Counted from the stretch's first letter, positions 1-12,735 are shown. The stretch: 64,000 nt of DNA from Marsupella aquatica (GCA_973895155.1 OZ316899.1:16395974-16459973); one strand, 5' to 3'. Program-made: numbers and translations. The notes: generated by a model not told the origin, from the letters alone.

Positions 1-859
1 CACCAGAGCGTTTGAAACAACAACCACAACAAACAAGACTGGTCAATTTTTTGAATCAAAGTTACAATTTTTATTAGTGTTTGCGTTAATTTGTGTGTAA
101 ATTTTGGGACGACATGCCGTATAAAGAAATATAACAATTAAGAAATGCACAGAGCAAGACGAGTAAAACTATCACTATGTAACCATTTTAGTTGTACGTG
201 TCCAATTTTAAAAATTAAATTCAAAAATTTGAAAAGTATATATTTTTCATATAATGAACAATGACTAATAAGATTTGTAGTCTTTTGCAATTCAGGCAAA
301 CTGCCAGCTATGGTCGGAACTTGAATTCAATGAATTGATACAATTCATTTGATCAGACATTGATCTGGTTTGATCTGGTTCCAAATGGACTTGCCACAAA
401 TTGTATTGACTTTCTTAGGTTGAGAATTTGGTTGCATGAGGCAAAAAATCTTGATTTTGACAACTGCTTATGATTATCATGCTATCAACTTCTATCTTCT
501 GAAAGCTTTAGCTTTGCCCTTGTCCATATGGTGAATAGTTGCGTCAAGGTCATGAGTCTATTAACCTCTAATTCAAAACTTGCCAAATTCAGACTTCAAT
601 GAAATCTCTAATTAAAAGAGGACTTAGCTACTAGAAAACTCAGGGTTCTCGCGCAAAAAATGAGTAACAACAACCACAAAGTATCACCAGTCAAGAATGA
701 TGTTTGTCTTTGTATTTTGCATTTTGTAATTCCTTGAAAACCTTTAACTCCCCCCCCCCCCCTTTTAGGCCTTTTGTACTATACATAGATGGTCCATAAA
801 ATACTTGATTATTGTGTATTGTCATTCCTTGACATTCCCAATTCCCCTTTAGTTCTTGC

Positions 860-1013
860 TTGAAAAACGTGTCACTCTTTATTTCACACTGACTCAATCT
901 AATTCAATTTTGTTTTATTCTTTGTTTTGGTCAGATTTTTTAATTTTTGTGCCCTACAAATTTGAATGACGACCACTCTAAAAAGTGGCGCAGCTGTGTA
1001 TTATAGGAGTTAA
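860..1013 (-). mobile_element. 5' terminal segment of a non-autonomous Helitron (same family as 1233-3194 and 3225-4034); may extend leftwards
   Basis: gccctacaaatttgaatgacgaccactctaaaaagtggcg...gtgtattatag is nearly identical to 3132-3187 and, inverted, to 3231-3288. No 3' CTAG end located. Confidence 0.5.
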
Positions 1014-1260
1014 TTGCTCACCTCACCATATTTTAACTTGGTATTGTTTTCATGGCAAGAGAGGCAGTGAGGGGTAGCTACGGTACAAAATCCATGTGAC
1101 GGAGTCAGGACAAAACACCCTCACAAGGCTGTTGTTTAGTTTGGTACTATGATGAATAAATTATGATACTTTTATGGATTTTGAATGTATACTTAGTTTA
1201 TGTTATTGGATAACTTACCATTATTTGATACACTAGCTCAATACCCGTGCGTTGCACAAA

Positions 1261-1745
1261 AGAAGTCGTGTCGGCCAAGATGTCATTGAGAAAAAATGAG
1301 GTAGTGTCAGCCAACAGGTAATGGAGAGAAAAGATGTCGTGTCGCCCAAGAGGTCGTTGAGAGTAAAGATCTCGTGTGGCCCAAGAGGTCATTGAGAGAA
1401 AAGAAGTTGTGTTGGTCAAGATGTTGTTGAGAAAAAAAGATGTTGTATTGGCCAAGAGGTAGTTGAAAGAAAATATGTAGTGTCAACCAAGAGGTCATGG
1501 AGAAAAAAGAATGTCGTGTCGCCCAAGAGGTCATTGAGAAAAAAAATGTCGTGTCGACCAAGAAGACGTTGAGAAAAAAGACGTCGTGTTGGCCAAGAGA
1601 TCATTGAGCAAAAAAATGTCATGTCGGCCAAGAAGTCGTTGAGAAAAAAGATGTTGTGTCGGCCAAGATGTTGTTGAGAAAAAAATGTCATGTTGGCGAA
1701 GATGTTGTTGAGAAAAAAATGTTGTGTCGGCCAAGACATCGTTCA
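1261..1745. repeat. Minisatellite, ~35-36-bp unit, ~14 copies, inside the Helitron
   Basis: Unit approximately AAAAAGATGTCGTGTCGGCCAAGAGGTCGTTGAGA; the CCAAG core recurs every ~35 bp. Confidence 0.85.
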
Positions 1746-3019
1746 CGAAAAATACCCGTGCGTTGCACAAAAGATGTTGTTAAGAAATAAGATGTCGTGT
1801 TGCCCAAGATGTTTTTAAGTGAAAGATGTCACAAAGTAAAAAGAAGTCTTAAAAAAAAGTCATTTTGCCAAACATGCCATGTGAAAGATGTTATTAAGAA
1901 AAAGGTGTCATTTTGCCAAAGATATCGTGAAGTAAAAGATGTTAAAAGAAAAATGGGGTTTTCACCCAAGCTATTGTTCTGTGAAAGATGTTCTATGAAG
2001 TAAAAAATCAAGGAAACTAAGAAGGAGTGAGTCTTTTTCTTTGTTTTACCCAAAATGCCCATGCATTTGAATGGCGACCACTATAAATTGGAGCAACGTT
2101 ATATTATCAGTTTCAGGTTTAGTGTTTTAGGGTTTAGCAAAGATGACCATTCTCTCAATATCCTTTCAATCCCCGTGCGTTGCATAATAGATGTTGTTTG
2201 GTTAAAGATGTTGTTGAGAAATAGATCGTACGTGGTGCAAAAGATAATCATTGAATAAAAATAATAATTGTTAAAATACATTGTTGCACAAAAACTTTTG
2301 TTGAGTGAAAGATATCATTGTGCAAAATAGTGGCTATGGTAGCCACAAAAGTTCCCTTTTCTTTTTTTTCTTTTTTCTCCTTGCACACAAAAATTCTTGA
2401 ATAAAAGATGTCCTTGTGCAAAAGACTGGCTATGACAACCACAAAAGTAAAACAAAATGAGAGGTGTTTTTTTCCCTATTTTGTTTCCTTTTTTTCTCTT
2501 ATGTTCCTTTTAACCTCTCCCTTTTCCCCATTTTCTTATTTTTGGTCTTCTTTTTTTCACATTCACCATCACTCCACTCGTTCGCTCCCCCCCCCTCCCC
2601 ACCCATGTGAGATTGAGGGGCTACCCTACATTGCGAGTGTGCCCCTGGCCCGATACCTTGCTATCAATGCCCATCCCATGTGCTTCTATTGTCTTTGGGC
2701 TCTATTACTTTTGTTTTTTGCATTGAAAATGACACTATAAATAACTGTAAAATCACCACAAATATTGGGAGAATCTTTTTTTATTGATCTAGTGACAAAT
2801 ATTACTAGCAATTAAACTACTTTTACCATTATTACACAAAATTATGATGCACACAATATGTAATATATGTGTACAATGAATATGTACAATACAAACTTGC
2901 ATGTGAGTATACTCCTTGATCCTTGTGCATTGGTCCTTGTGCATTTTATTAAAGTCTTTCACTTCTTTTTTTGTTTCTAGTGTAATTATTCTTGCTTGTC
3001 TTGGGCAATTAACGGTGCA

Positions 3020-3101
3020 ACTTTTTGTGACTCACACTAAATTTAATTCACACTTTGGCTACTTTTTGTGACTCACACTAAATTTAATTCACACTTTGGC
3101 T
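3020..3101. repeat. Perfect 41-bp tandem duplication
   Basis: actttttgtgactcacactaaatttaattcacactttggct x2. Confidence 0.9.
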
Positions 3102-3224
3102 TTATGGCTTACCAGATTTTTTAATTTTTGTGCCCTGCAAATTTGAATGACGACCACTCTAAAAAGTGGCGTAACTGTGTATTATAGTTCTTGATATATT
3201 GCTGTTAATGTTATCGGATAACCA

Positions 3225-4034
3225 TCCTAAACTATAATACAAGGTCCCGCTCTTTTATAGAGTGATCGTCATTTGAATTTGCAGGGCCAAAAAAAGTAAA
3301 CAGTCTGACGATGAGAAGGAATAGACAAAAAGTTAATTACATTTAGTGTGGAGCTAAAAGGTGACATACTTTTCCAAGCAAGAAAAGTTTGCTCTCAATG
3401 CACGAGTCTCCATTTGGTACCATCCATACATTAACCATTAACTGTTACTCCCTCTCTAATTTTTTACCAATGCTATAATACCTTATCCCTAATAAAAAAT
3501 GTGGACCAATTTTGACCTATACCCAAGATGAAGAACTTAATTAAGAAAGTATTTAAACTTATTACTATTTAAAATTAAATTGGAAATATTTGAAAAGAAA
3601 TTGAGAATTTTGAAATACTCTCATTACAAAATTTTAGGGTTAAAAAATGATATTTTCCTGTCACTTGATTGTAACTCTCTGATGCGGTGGCCGTTATCTT
3701 GCGTCTCAAATTTCTATGCAAAATGGATGGGTTATTGAACATGACCACAAAAGTGTATGGCCAAGATCACATATAACATGTCTCGATTGTAAAGTATAAT
3801 TTCAAGTCTCGCCTCAACATCTTTTCCCCCATTTTTTCCTCATCTTTACATGTTTTTCTCACCTCACCATCTTTTCCCTCCTCGCCATGCACATTTTTCT
3901 CACCTTGATCTCTTTTTTTCACCTTAGTATTTTTACTCTCATCAACATATTTTTTTTCATCTCGACGTCTTTTTTCACCTTGACATCTTTTCTCATCTCA
4001 ACATATTTTGTGCAACGCACAGGTATTGGGCTAG
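3225..4034 (+). mobile_element. Non-autonomous Helitron, divergent from the previous one
   Basis: A|TCCTAAACTATAATAC ... TGTGCAACGCACAGGTATTGGGCTAG|T. Confidence 0.8.
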
Positions 4035-5285
4035 TTCATACATATATGGCTGTTAATAACCTGAATCATGAATGTCAATGACATAAACGACTGCGACCTA
4101 AATAACTTATGTGAAGTCATACTGATTGAGAGAGTGGAAACAACTGAAACATTAATCACTGTCTTGGTAATATAAGACATTTGATTAACAAAATCACTCC
4201 ATAGTAGTCATTACATACATGTCCAGAACAACTACAATTCTCTCCATGCGTTGGGTGTTGGGACAATATAATGGTGACAAGTGGTCAGTGTGGCTCAAAT
4301 GTGACCTTCCATGATTGTGTCTCAACTGAATTTGATGACCCTTATTTAACAGTTGGCAATTTCACTAAGATTTGAGTTATTTAAAACTATCATTGACTAA
4401 GTTCTTTTTGACAAACCACAATTCAACTGAGATATTAAATAAGTAAGTTATTTAAGACCGTCAGTCTCCCAATGGACGGTGTTATAACAAAAACAACTCT
4501 AAAACTCTTGCCCGTCCGCCGTCGGTCTTGTAAACTAAAAACGTGTCAGGAAAGTGTCCGAGGGAATTGACTTTCAGTTCACCCTCAAACACAAAAGCGG
4601 GCAACAAAGTTTGAGGGTGATGACCCACTCAAGGGTTCCCTAAACCTTTACCCCAAATCACTATAACTAAATGCCTTGTTTAAGGAGTCACTTAGGCACT
4701 AATCCTTATTAGGGTTCTCATTAACCCTAATTCTCATTTCCGTTTTTCCCTCATTTCTGGTTCCCTTGCTTGATCGGTCAGTCTTGCTTCCATTCCTCAA
4801 TCACATTTTCACACTGCCATTGTCGTTCCCTACATTGCTCGCCTCTATCGCTCGTTGCTGCATTGCTGCATTGCTGCCTCGATCACTCGTTGCTGCCTCT
4901 ATTGCTTGTTGCTGCCTCTATCGCTCATGGCTGCCTCTATCGCTCATTGCTGCCTCTATTGCTCGTTGCTGCATTGTTGCATTACTGCCACCATTTCCCG
5001 CCTCCATCGCTGCCTCCATTGTTGCTTGGATCATTGACTACATCGCTTGTTTCTCCATCGCTCCATTGCTTGGTGGTCCCTCATTTGGTGCTCCATTGCT
5101 CCTCACTATCTGGTTGATCGCTCCTCGCTCGCTCTCGATTGACTGTGGGTTGTTGGTTCCTCCCGTTGGTCGTTGATTGTGGCTTCGTTATGGGGTTCTT
5201 CTACTGCATTGCCTCATTGTTAGCAGCTCAGGTTTTCCACGGACCGGATTCCCTGCTCTTCATCATTGCTGTTACTCCGGTCGCT

Positions 5286-6311
5286 ATGGAAGGGTGGAGG
5301 TCACTGATGGAGTTCTGTATAGAAAAGAAGCACAAGAGGATATTTGAATGTGTGTTTTTGTACCAATTTACTGAGAAGTGTACCATTAACCAGTTCCGGA
5401 TTCTCAGTAAAGGTGACCGTAAGGAGAAGGTAAAGGAGGTCAGGGAATTTTTCCACATCAATCAAGAGCGAATGAAAATGTTACGCGACTTGTTGCCTCA
5501 AAAAGTGTTCAACATTGGGAGGCAGAACAATACATTATGGGGAGAGATGATCAAAAAAATTATGGCGTCATTCAAGAGTCTTGCAGACTCAATTTCAAGG
5601 TCAGTGGACCGAGATGGTAATCTGCTCGTTGTCAAACCGAACGAGCTCTTGAATCTAGAATCAATTGATGGTTTTGGTGGGAAGCAATTTTTTGAAAGCC
5701 TTGGGAAATCGTCCCAAAGAAAAAAAGTTGACTTTTTCTTTTTTGATTCAACTAGAACAGCAGAGTATGGTCCATATGACCACAATTTTTATCGGAGATT
5801 TTTTTTATCAACGACAACAATTGGAACATTGAATCACAAGGTGGTGCTTGTGATCCATCCATTAGAGATATGCGATGTAATGAAAGGCATGTCTCAAGCA
5901 AAGAGATATGTCTGCGTCCCAACCCAATACACTATGAAGTGTTCTGTTAGGCGGGACAAAGAGAGCTTATTGGAGAATGATGGGAGAATCACCCAGTATG
6001 TACTCTACGCATTTTTTTATGAGGCGTATGCGGATTCAACTACTTTCGAAGACAAGGAGGCTTTTATCTTAGGGTCATTGCAAGGGAAGATCTCAAATTT
6101 TGACGAACAAGAGAAAGTGGAGCGTTGGAGCGACGAAAAAAGCTCAAGCTTCTTTCAATGTTTCTTGAGGCTGTGTCTGTCTTCTGGAGACTCGGTTGTT
6201 TGTTTCAGAGATAATCGACGCATGATAGAATTACTGATGGTAAGTTCCTACAACCAGTCGTGGGAGTGTTTCATTGACCTTTTGAGGATTATGAATATAT
6301 TCAGCTCCTAA
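5286..6311 (+). CDS. First coding exon of a TE-borne multi-exon gene; possibly a degenerate beta-class amino-methyltransferase fold
   Basis: Long ORF with ATG at 5286 and a GTAAG donor at ~6240. KVDFFFFDS and EKSSSFFQCFLRLCLSSGDSVVCF loosely echo MTase motifs IV and X-I. Confidence 0.4.
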   Translation: MEGWRSLMEFCIEKKHKRIFECVFLYQFTEKCTINQFRILSKGDRKEKVKEVREFFHINQERMKMLRDLLPQKVFNIGRQNNTLWGEMIKKIMASFKSLADSISRSVDRDGNLLVVKPNELLNLESIDGFGGKQFFESLGKSSQRKKVDFFFFDSTRTAEYGPYDHNFYRRFFLSTTTIGTLNHKVVLVIHPLEICDVMKGMSQAKRYVCVPTQYTMKCSVRRDKESLLENDGRITQYVLYAFFYEAYADSTTFEDKEAFILGSLQGKISNFDEQEKVERWSDEKSSSFFQCFLRLCLSSGDSVVCFRDNRRMIELLMVSSYNQSWECFIDLLRIMNIFSS

Positions 6312-7675
6312 TGCCCGCAAAATTTGTTTTTTCATCCAAGGGAACTCTATTTGTGTGACAAGCTATTGCGCTCCAGAGAGTCACAATCTGACTTTGGCTT
6401 ACTTCAACACTCTATTTCCGTTGTTCAAAGAGCCAAAATGTCCCGAACGTGACTCTCTGGAGAAGTTGCTCTGGAGGAAAATTTCAAAGGGGAAATCTAT
6501 CTTCAAAATTTGAGATGATCTCTCCGACCTTCTCCAAGAGAACTATCACCTCAACCAGGAGCAGATCAAGACAACTCTGAAGGAGTATTGTCTTGAAGAG
6601 AGAGATACAAAGGAGGAAGACTTTGCTCTATACTCCTTGCCTTCAGTCCTCCCATCGGGACCGCTTGGAGGTACAATTTTTCACTGTCTTTTTCTACGTT
6701 CTAACTTGGGATAGCGTTTGAGGAGACTCGGACCCCACGGGACAGTGTTCCGCCGGGTATTGTTCGTGAAGGCGATTCAACCGTAACGGGACAGTGTTCC
6801 AGTGGAGTCTGATTTTATTCTGGAAAAGTGCTCCATCATCATTTTTATTATTGCAGGTTTGATTTTAGTTTGTCGTCAGACTATAAATCGTTGCATTCTG
6901 TTGTGTAGGTAAAGACTTGCAGAGATGCTCAGGGAAGAATTTACGGAGTCCACCTCAACAGCCATCAAATGATCAAAAAGGCGAGGATGAAGACAATACC
7001 GACGGGGATAAGGAGGTTAACGGGGAGGATATGCAAAGTGATGCGGATGAGAAAAACAATAGTGAAGGGAACAATGATGATGGTACGGTGGAGATCATCA
7101 TGCCAATGATGAGGATGATGATTACGGTGATAAGGGGCAGAAATATGAACGTTGGCGCAAAAGCAGATGTGACCGACATGCTAGCGAGGAGGAAACTGAC
7201 GGAGAAGGTGACAAGAGCCCTCCAAATTGGGAGGATGAATTTCCAAAGCCACCGACAGATGAGGAGGATTCAGAGGGCGATGTCTCGGATAATTCTGAAA
7301 GTAGAGAACGGCAGGCTGAAGAGTTGGGAGAAAGAAGTCAGAACTGGAAAGAAAGCTTGCCTTGGAAAAGAGACGTAACCAATCAAGAAGATCACGTAAT
7401 CGAGGGAAGCAGGATGAAGATGAGGAAGGGTCTCAAAACAAAAGCAAATCCAGAGGAGGTAGCTCCCAGAAAAAGGGGAAAACAGACAAAGGGGATGAGG
7501 AGGAAAGCAAGTCAGAAGAGAGGGAGAAGAGAAACATACAGAGAAAGAAAGGAAAGGAGAGAAAATCTACCAATGAGAGCGAGGAAGAGGAAGAAGAGAG
7601 TTCTTGCAAAGAGAAACCAGCGGGCAAGAAAAGAGACAGAGGAAAAATAAAGAAGACAATCGAAAAAAGAAAAGA

Positions 7676-7678
<3 letters not shown>

Positions 7679-7742
<64 letters not shown>
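7679..7742. repeat. (GA)n microsatellite
   Basis: About 32 uninterrupted GA units. Confidence 0.95.
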
Positions 7743-7745
<3 letters not shown>

Positions 7746-7789
7746 GAAGGAGGAGGAAGACAAAGAGCATGACAACAAGGAGGAGGAGC

Positions 7790-9040
7790 AAGATGAGGAG
7801 CACAACGACAATGAGGAGAAAGACGAAGACGAGGAGCAGGAGGAAAAGGAAAAGGAGGAGAAGGAGGAGGAGCAAGCGAAAGACCAGGAGGAGGAGGAGA
7901 AGGAGGACGAGCAGGAGGAAAAGGAAAAGGAGGAGAAGGAGGAGGAGCAAGCGAAAGACCAGGAGGAGGAAGAGAAAGAGGACGAGCAGGAGGAAAAGGA
8001 AAAGGAGGAGAAGGAGGAGGAGCAAGCGAAAGACCAGGAGGAGGAAGAGAAAGAGGACGAGCAGGAGGAGGAGAAGGACGAGGACAAGGAGGAGAAGGAC
8101 GAGCAGGAGGAAAAGGAAAAGAAGGAAAAGGAGGAGGAGCAAGACAAGGAGAAGGAGGAGGAGCAGGAGAAAGACAAGGAGAAGGAGGAGAAGCAAGAGA
8201 GAGAGGATGGCGACAAGAAAGAATGGGGGGATAGGAAAGAGAAAAAAGGGGGAGACAGGAAAGACAAGGAGGGAGAACAAAAGAAACAGAAGGGGAAATA
8301 TACAGAAGAGAGGGAGTCAGAGGAGGGGGAGCAAAGGTACAGAGATGAGGAGACGAAGAAAGAGCAAAGGGAGAGAAAAGAGAGAGGATGGAGAGAGGAA
8401 TAAAGAAGAAGAAGAGAGATTGAATAAAGAAAAGAGGAAGAGAGAACGAGAAGAGAATGAGAGAAAAGAGAGAAAAGAGCAGGAGAGAAAAGAGAGGGAG
8501 GAGGGGAAGAGGGCCGAGCGGGAGAGAAAGGAGAGGCCGAGGTGGAGAGAAAACAGAGAGAGGAGGGTGAGAGGGCTGAGGAGGAGAGAAAGGAGAGGGA
8601 AGAGCAGGAGAGAAAAGAGAGAGAGGACGGGGAGAGGGCCGAGGAGGAGAGAAAGGAGAGGGAAGAGCAGGAGAGAAAAGAGAGAGAGGAGGGGAAGAGG
8701 GCCGAGCGGGAGAGAAAGGAGAGGGCCGAGCGGGAGAGAAAGGAGAGGGAAGAGCAGGAGAGAAAAGAGAGAGAGGAGGGGGAGAGGCCCGAGGAGGAGA
8801 GAAAGGAGAGGGAAGAGCAGGAGAGAAAAGATAGAGAGGAGGGGGAGAGGGCCGATCGGGAGAGAAAGGAGAGGGAAGAGCAGGAGAGAAAGGATAGAGA
8901 GGAGGGGGAGAGGGCCGAGCAGGAGAGAAAGGAGCGAGAGAGTGTTGAGGAGGAGAGAAAAGAGAGCGAGAGATGTGAAGTGGAGAAAGAGGAAAAACAG
9001 GATAGATATAAGACACTGAAGGAAAGAAAAGATAAGGGAA
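7790..9040 (+). repeat. Purine-rich coding minisatellites (75-bp unit at ~7830-8130; 63-bp unit at ~8480-8935) encoding E/R/K-rich low-complexity protein
   Basis: GAGCAGGAGGAAAAGGAAAAGG recurs at 7834/7909/7984; the 21-aa repeat EREEQERKEREEGERAEEERK is in ORF 8542-9174. Confidence 0.85.
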
Positions 9041-9514
9041 AAGGTAGGCTGGGGGCACAAATTTTGGGGTCGGAAAGTACTTGGGATGAGAGAGAAGACC
9101 TACCTTATTCCGGAGATAATCATCAAGAATTGTCGGTGGATAATCCAGACTTGGAAACTGCTACAGACACATAGTGTGCAGATACATTGAGAGAGTTACG
9201 TCTTCCTTTTGGGGGCCGGTGCTTGAAGAAACAGAAACTCTTGGAGCCGGTTATAGCTTTGCCTGTCAAGAAGGAACTCGTACTGGGTTTTGAGCGGCGG
9301 AACACTGTTCCGCCGCAGTCCCCTAGTGTCAAGGGAGTGGATAGCGGTGTGGAATGGACGTCAAAAGATATTCTCTCTACTTCAGATTTAAAAGCGATAA
9401 ACTCGAGGACTGAACCATCTAGATCACGAGTTCCCAAGGTAAGATCTTGTTGATATTAGTGAACATTTCCTTGGTGTTAACTATTTTGAAATAAATGAGT
9501 CGCTAAAATATAAT

Positions 9515-10213
9515 TTGATTTTGCAGAGAGAGGCTGTGACATTATCTGAGTGTAGCGAGCTGTTGATAGACAAATGCCTCAATACATCTTTGGATGGTAA
9601 AGAGGTTTTGACTACCATCAATGAGGTCGACATTACTTGTAACATTATGAAATCTCTTGGTCTCGGATCCTGGCTTGTTTCAGAGATCATTAACGGATAT
9701 TTCACTTTATTGAAAGAAAGAGAAGCATCTATGAGATGTCATTTTCACAATACATGGTTTTACGGTAAACTTACAAATACTGGATATTGTTACAATTCGA
9801 GCATTTCAAGATGGTCCAACGGATTTGGATATACCATTTTTGATTGTGAAAAGGTTTTTGTACCAATTCACAAAAGTGCGCATTGGAGTTTAGTTGTAAT
9901 TGATTTCAAAAACAAAAATTTAAAATATTTGGATTCATTACATGATGAAAATTCAGAGGTACTTGACAATTTGTCAAAGTATCTCATAGACGAAGCCAAG
10001 GATAAAAAACTTCCACCTGTTGACATGAATATTTGGAACCTATCATTTCCAAAAGACATTCCAAGACAAGTAGATTCCTATAATTGTGGAATGTTTGTGA
10101 TCATGTTCGCTCATTGCAAAAGTTTTGGAATACCATATCTATCGAATTGGAGTAGTCTAAATGAAAGTAGACGAGAGTTAGTTCTTCAATTGATGCAGAA
10201 GAGATTAAATTAG
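9515..10213 (+). CDS. Ulp1/SENP-like C48 cysteine protease exon (TE-associated)
   Basis: WLVSEIINGY, HFHNTWFY, VFVPIH..AHWSLVVID...YLDSL, PRQVDSYNCGMFV; His, Asp, Gln and Cys catalytic residues present. Confidence 0.9.
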   Translation: MILQREAVTLSECSELLIDKCLNTSLDGKEVLTTINEVDITCNIMKSLGLGSWLVSEIINGYFTLLKEREASMRCHFHNTWFYGKLTNTGYCYNSSISRWSNGFGYTIFDCEKVFVPIHKSAHWSLVVIDFKNKNLKYLDSLHDENSEVLDNLSKYLIDEAKDKKLPPVDMNIWNLSFPKDIPRQVDSYNCGMFVIMFAHCKSFGIPYLSNWSSLNESRRELVLQLMQKRLN

Positions 10214-10377
10214 TATACACATGCCAGATTACGTTGTTACATTGGAATTTCCATGACCATACAATTTTTAATGATTAATAAATTTAATAGTTTACATATT
10301 TCTACTTGCTAATTTTATTTTATTGATTTTTTTATTGGATTCAACAGGTGGTGAAATTGTTTAAAGCGACAAGATGA

Positions 10378-11030
10378 CTTGTTCTTGATATGGATGCATT
10401 TCTTTATTGTCCTTGTGAGTTATCAAAGAAGAGCAACAATGCAAGATGCGTTACCGTGGAGAATGTTACTCTATGTCTCAGGCCATTTTTCAACGAGTTC
10501 ATTCAATTTTGTTTGAAGAATTTTGATGTTGGAATTTGGTCACTTATGTCAAAAAAAATACTGACAAAATACATGGCACAATTATTTAGCGATGGTGAAA
10601 GACGTGCCCTCAAGTTTTCATTTGGGAAAGAAAAATTATCACGAATTGGTCTTGATTCAAATCACAAGTTTGTGTATTTGAAACTAGTTCAAACTGTTTT
10701 TAGTAAAATGCCTCATCTAATCCGTGAAAATGTGACCCTTCTAGATTCCCCAATTAATACATTTTGCAATCCTTTCTGGTCATCTTTATATCCACTTTCA
10801 TATCATGGAGATGAAAATGATATGTTTTTAAGAAATCAACTCATTCCTGGCTTTTCTTTCTAGAATTTGCGAGTTTGATACTTCATGGAACTATGTTGAA
10901 GATTGTTATCCAGATTGGTCGCAAGAATCTTTAGCTTTGACTTGGGAAGAAAATAGTGAAAAATGGAAATCTTCCCAGGTGTTTCAAAGGAAAGGAAACA
11001 TAGATCATGTAGCAAAATTTAGAGATTATA
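10378..11030 (+). pseudogene. FCP1/NIF-type HAD phosphatase-like remnant
   Basis: LVLDMDAFL and LRPFFNEFIQFCLKNFDVGIWS; upstream stop and downstream frameshift. Confidence 0.7.
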
Positions 11031-11574
11031 ATTATAAATCAAAAATTTTAAATGTAGCATAGATAGTAATAGATATACATTTAAACTAGGAGTAGATATG
11101 AGTAAGCTAGAAGCCAAATGATGTACCATTTTATTTATATAATACAATATTATTGTTCTCACATGCAATATTTTGATTGGCCTCTATTTTTATTGTTAAA
11201 TACTCTTTTATTTTGAGTATTTGTGTTATTCAATTTGAACTATATTATATTTGTGTCTTTCATTTATAATTCTTAGTGACAATTTGTTTTTGTATGTGGG
11301 TTTATATAATTTAAACTAATTATAGAAGACTGAAAATTATTGTCATAAATAATATAATAATATATAATAATCAAATAAAGATATTTTTAAAAGCATTTGG
11401 GAAATTGTGGAAATAAAAGATTCCACTATTGTTCAAATTAGTGTTCTAGTTATTAAGTTACCCTAAACCTAACAACTCCGCTAATCACTAAAACTGTGTA
11501 ATTACTACTCCTTGAAAGCAAAAAATTGACGCATACCCTACTCAAGCCTCCACTGAGCCATTCCACAAGGTCCC

Positions 11575-11849
11575 TATTTTTCCCACCGCAAAGCTATTTT
11601 GGAACGGTGTTCCGTGGGTCACTATTTTTTCCCATCACCAAGTTGTCGCGGAACGGTGTTCTGTGGGTACTGTTTTTTCCAACCAATGAACTGCGACGGA
11701 ACAGTGTTCCGTGGGAGACTATCTCACCACCACTGAGCTGCGACGAAACAGTGTTCCATGGGAGAAATTTCTCACCACCACTCAGAACAAGCGCTAAACA
11801 CGACGTGATTTCTGGACAAAATCACTACTCACTTGTCATTTTTTTTCCC
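11575..11849. repeat. ~48-bp repeats each carrying palindrome GGAAC(A/G)GTGTTCC, followed by a possible Mutator-type terminus (...TTTTTTTTCCC)
   Basis: Motif at ~11601, 11650, 11698 and 11745. No partner terminus or TSD found in the window. Confidence 0.55.
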
Positions 11850-12735
11850 TAAGTAACAACCACACCTCACCGCTACAGTGCCCGGCGGCTGCGTACTTGC
11901 ACTCGTACTCCACCACACAAATTGTCGGCGTCGCCGCAAATTGTTGCGCAATGCAACCCAAGAGGTGAACGAAGAAAATATTGAGAAAAACCACGAAGAA
12001 AGAAAAGAACATCAACGTTTTCCTGAGAAACATCAACCCAAGACCCCGTAAGAGATCAAGCCGAGCGCAAAGCCTCCATAGCCAAAGAGATTAGGCTACA
12101 AACAGCAAAACATAAAACGATATTGCTCTGCACTCGTCGGATGAAACGCTGTGAAAATTTCACCGAGACAAAGTGCTCGCCAATGCGCACAATGAAACGC
12201 AAGACTGTCCGGCTGACAATACATTTAGAAAACTAGAGACACATCCGACACTTTTGATGTGAAGTTTCAATCGGGAAACCGTCACTCATTCTGAACGCGA
12301 AACCTCCAACGCACAACAACCAGTGACACGATCACACAAATTGTTGAGAACAATCTAATCCATCACCACGATTCAACACAAAGAATACTCTCACCACTAT
12401 CCAGGCAACCGAATGTCGAACACGGAGCTCTGATACCACTTGTAGGACAACCGTCAACTCTAGACTAGACAGCAATGCGGAACATGAGAGCACTCAATCT
12501 CACACCACCAACAAGACACCACAATCATGGAGAAACTCCTGAAGGATCCATAGCTCATGAGATTGAACATGTGAAGAATGAGGGAGAGAATGCTCTCCCT
12601 CCAACCTATACCCCCCAAGGGGGACTAAGATGTGTGGGCCTAAATAAGTGGATCTTATCCTAAACTAACCAAGGGTCAATTAACCCTAGTAAGGCCAAAT
12701 TAATTATAGTCGGGAACTCGAGTCAATTCCTAACA
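11850..12735 (-). mobile_element. Truncated LTR retrotransposon: 295-bp 5' LTR (12441-12735), tRNA-iMet PBS and leader
   Basis: Minus strand TGTTAGG...CCTACA-AG-TGGTATCAGAGC (PBS 12427-12438). CACTA sequence resumes at 12736. Confidence 0.8.

Larger units (their letters stand above)
1233..3194 (-). mobile_element. Non-autonomous Helitron
   Basis: Minus strand reads A|TCAAGAACTATAATAC ... TGTGCAACGCACGGGTATTGAGCTAG|T: 5' TC, subterminal hairpin, 3' CTAG, inserted between A and T, no TSD. Confidence 0.8.

Noticed and set aside
1198-1770. Overlapping minus-strand ORFs
   Set aside because: Translations of the 35-bp minisatellite.
4260-4300. Possible left TIR partner for the terminus at ~11849
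   Set aside because: Only GGGA and TGACAAGTG match, and no TSD is present.
4766-5176. Ala/Cys/Leu-rich ORFs
   Set aside because: Derived from short degenerate GCTGCCTCTATCGCTC repeats.
7433-9060. Long ORFs on both strands (541, 471, 251, 247 aa)
   Set aside because: Artefacts of stop-poor purine-rich repeats; only the E/K/R-rich plus frame is plausibly coding.
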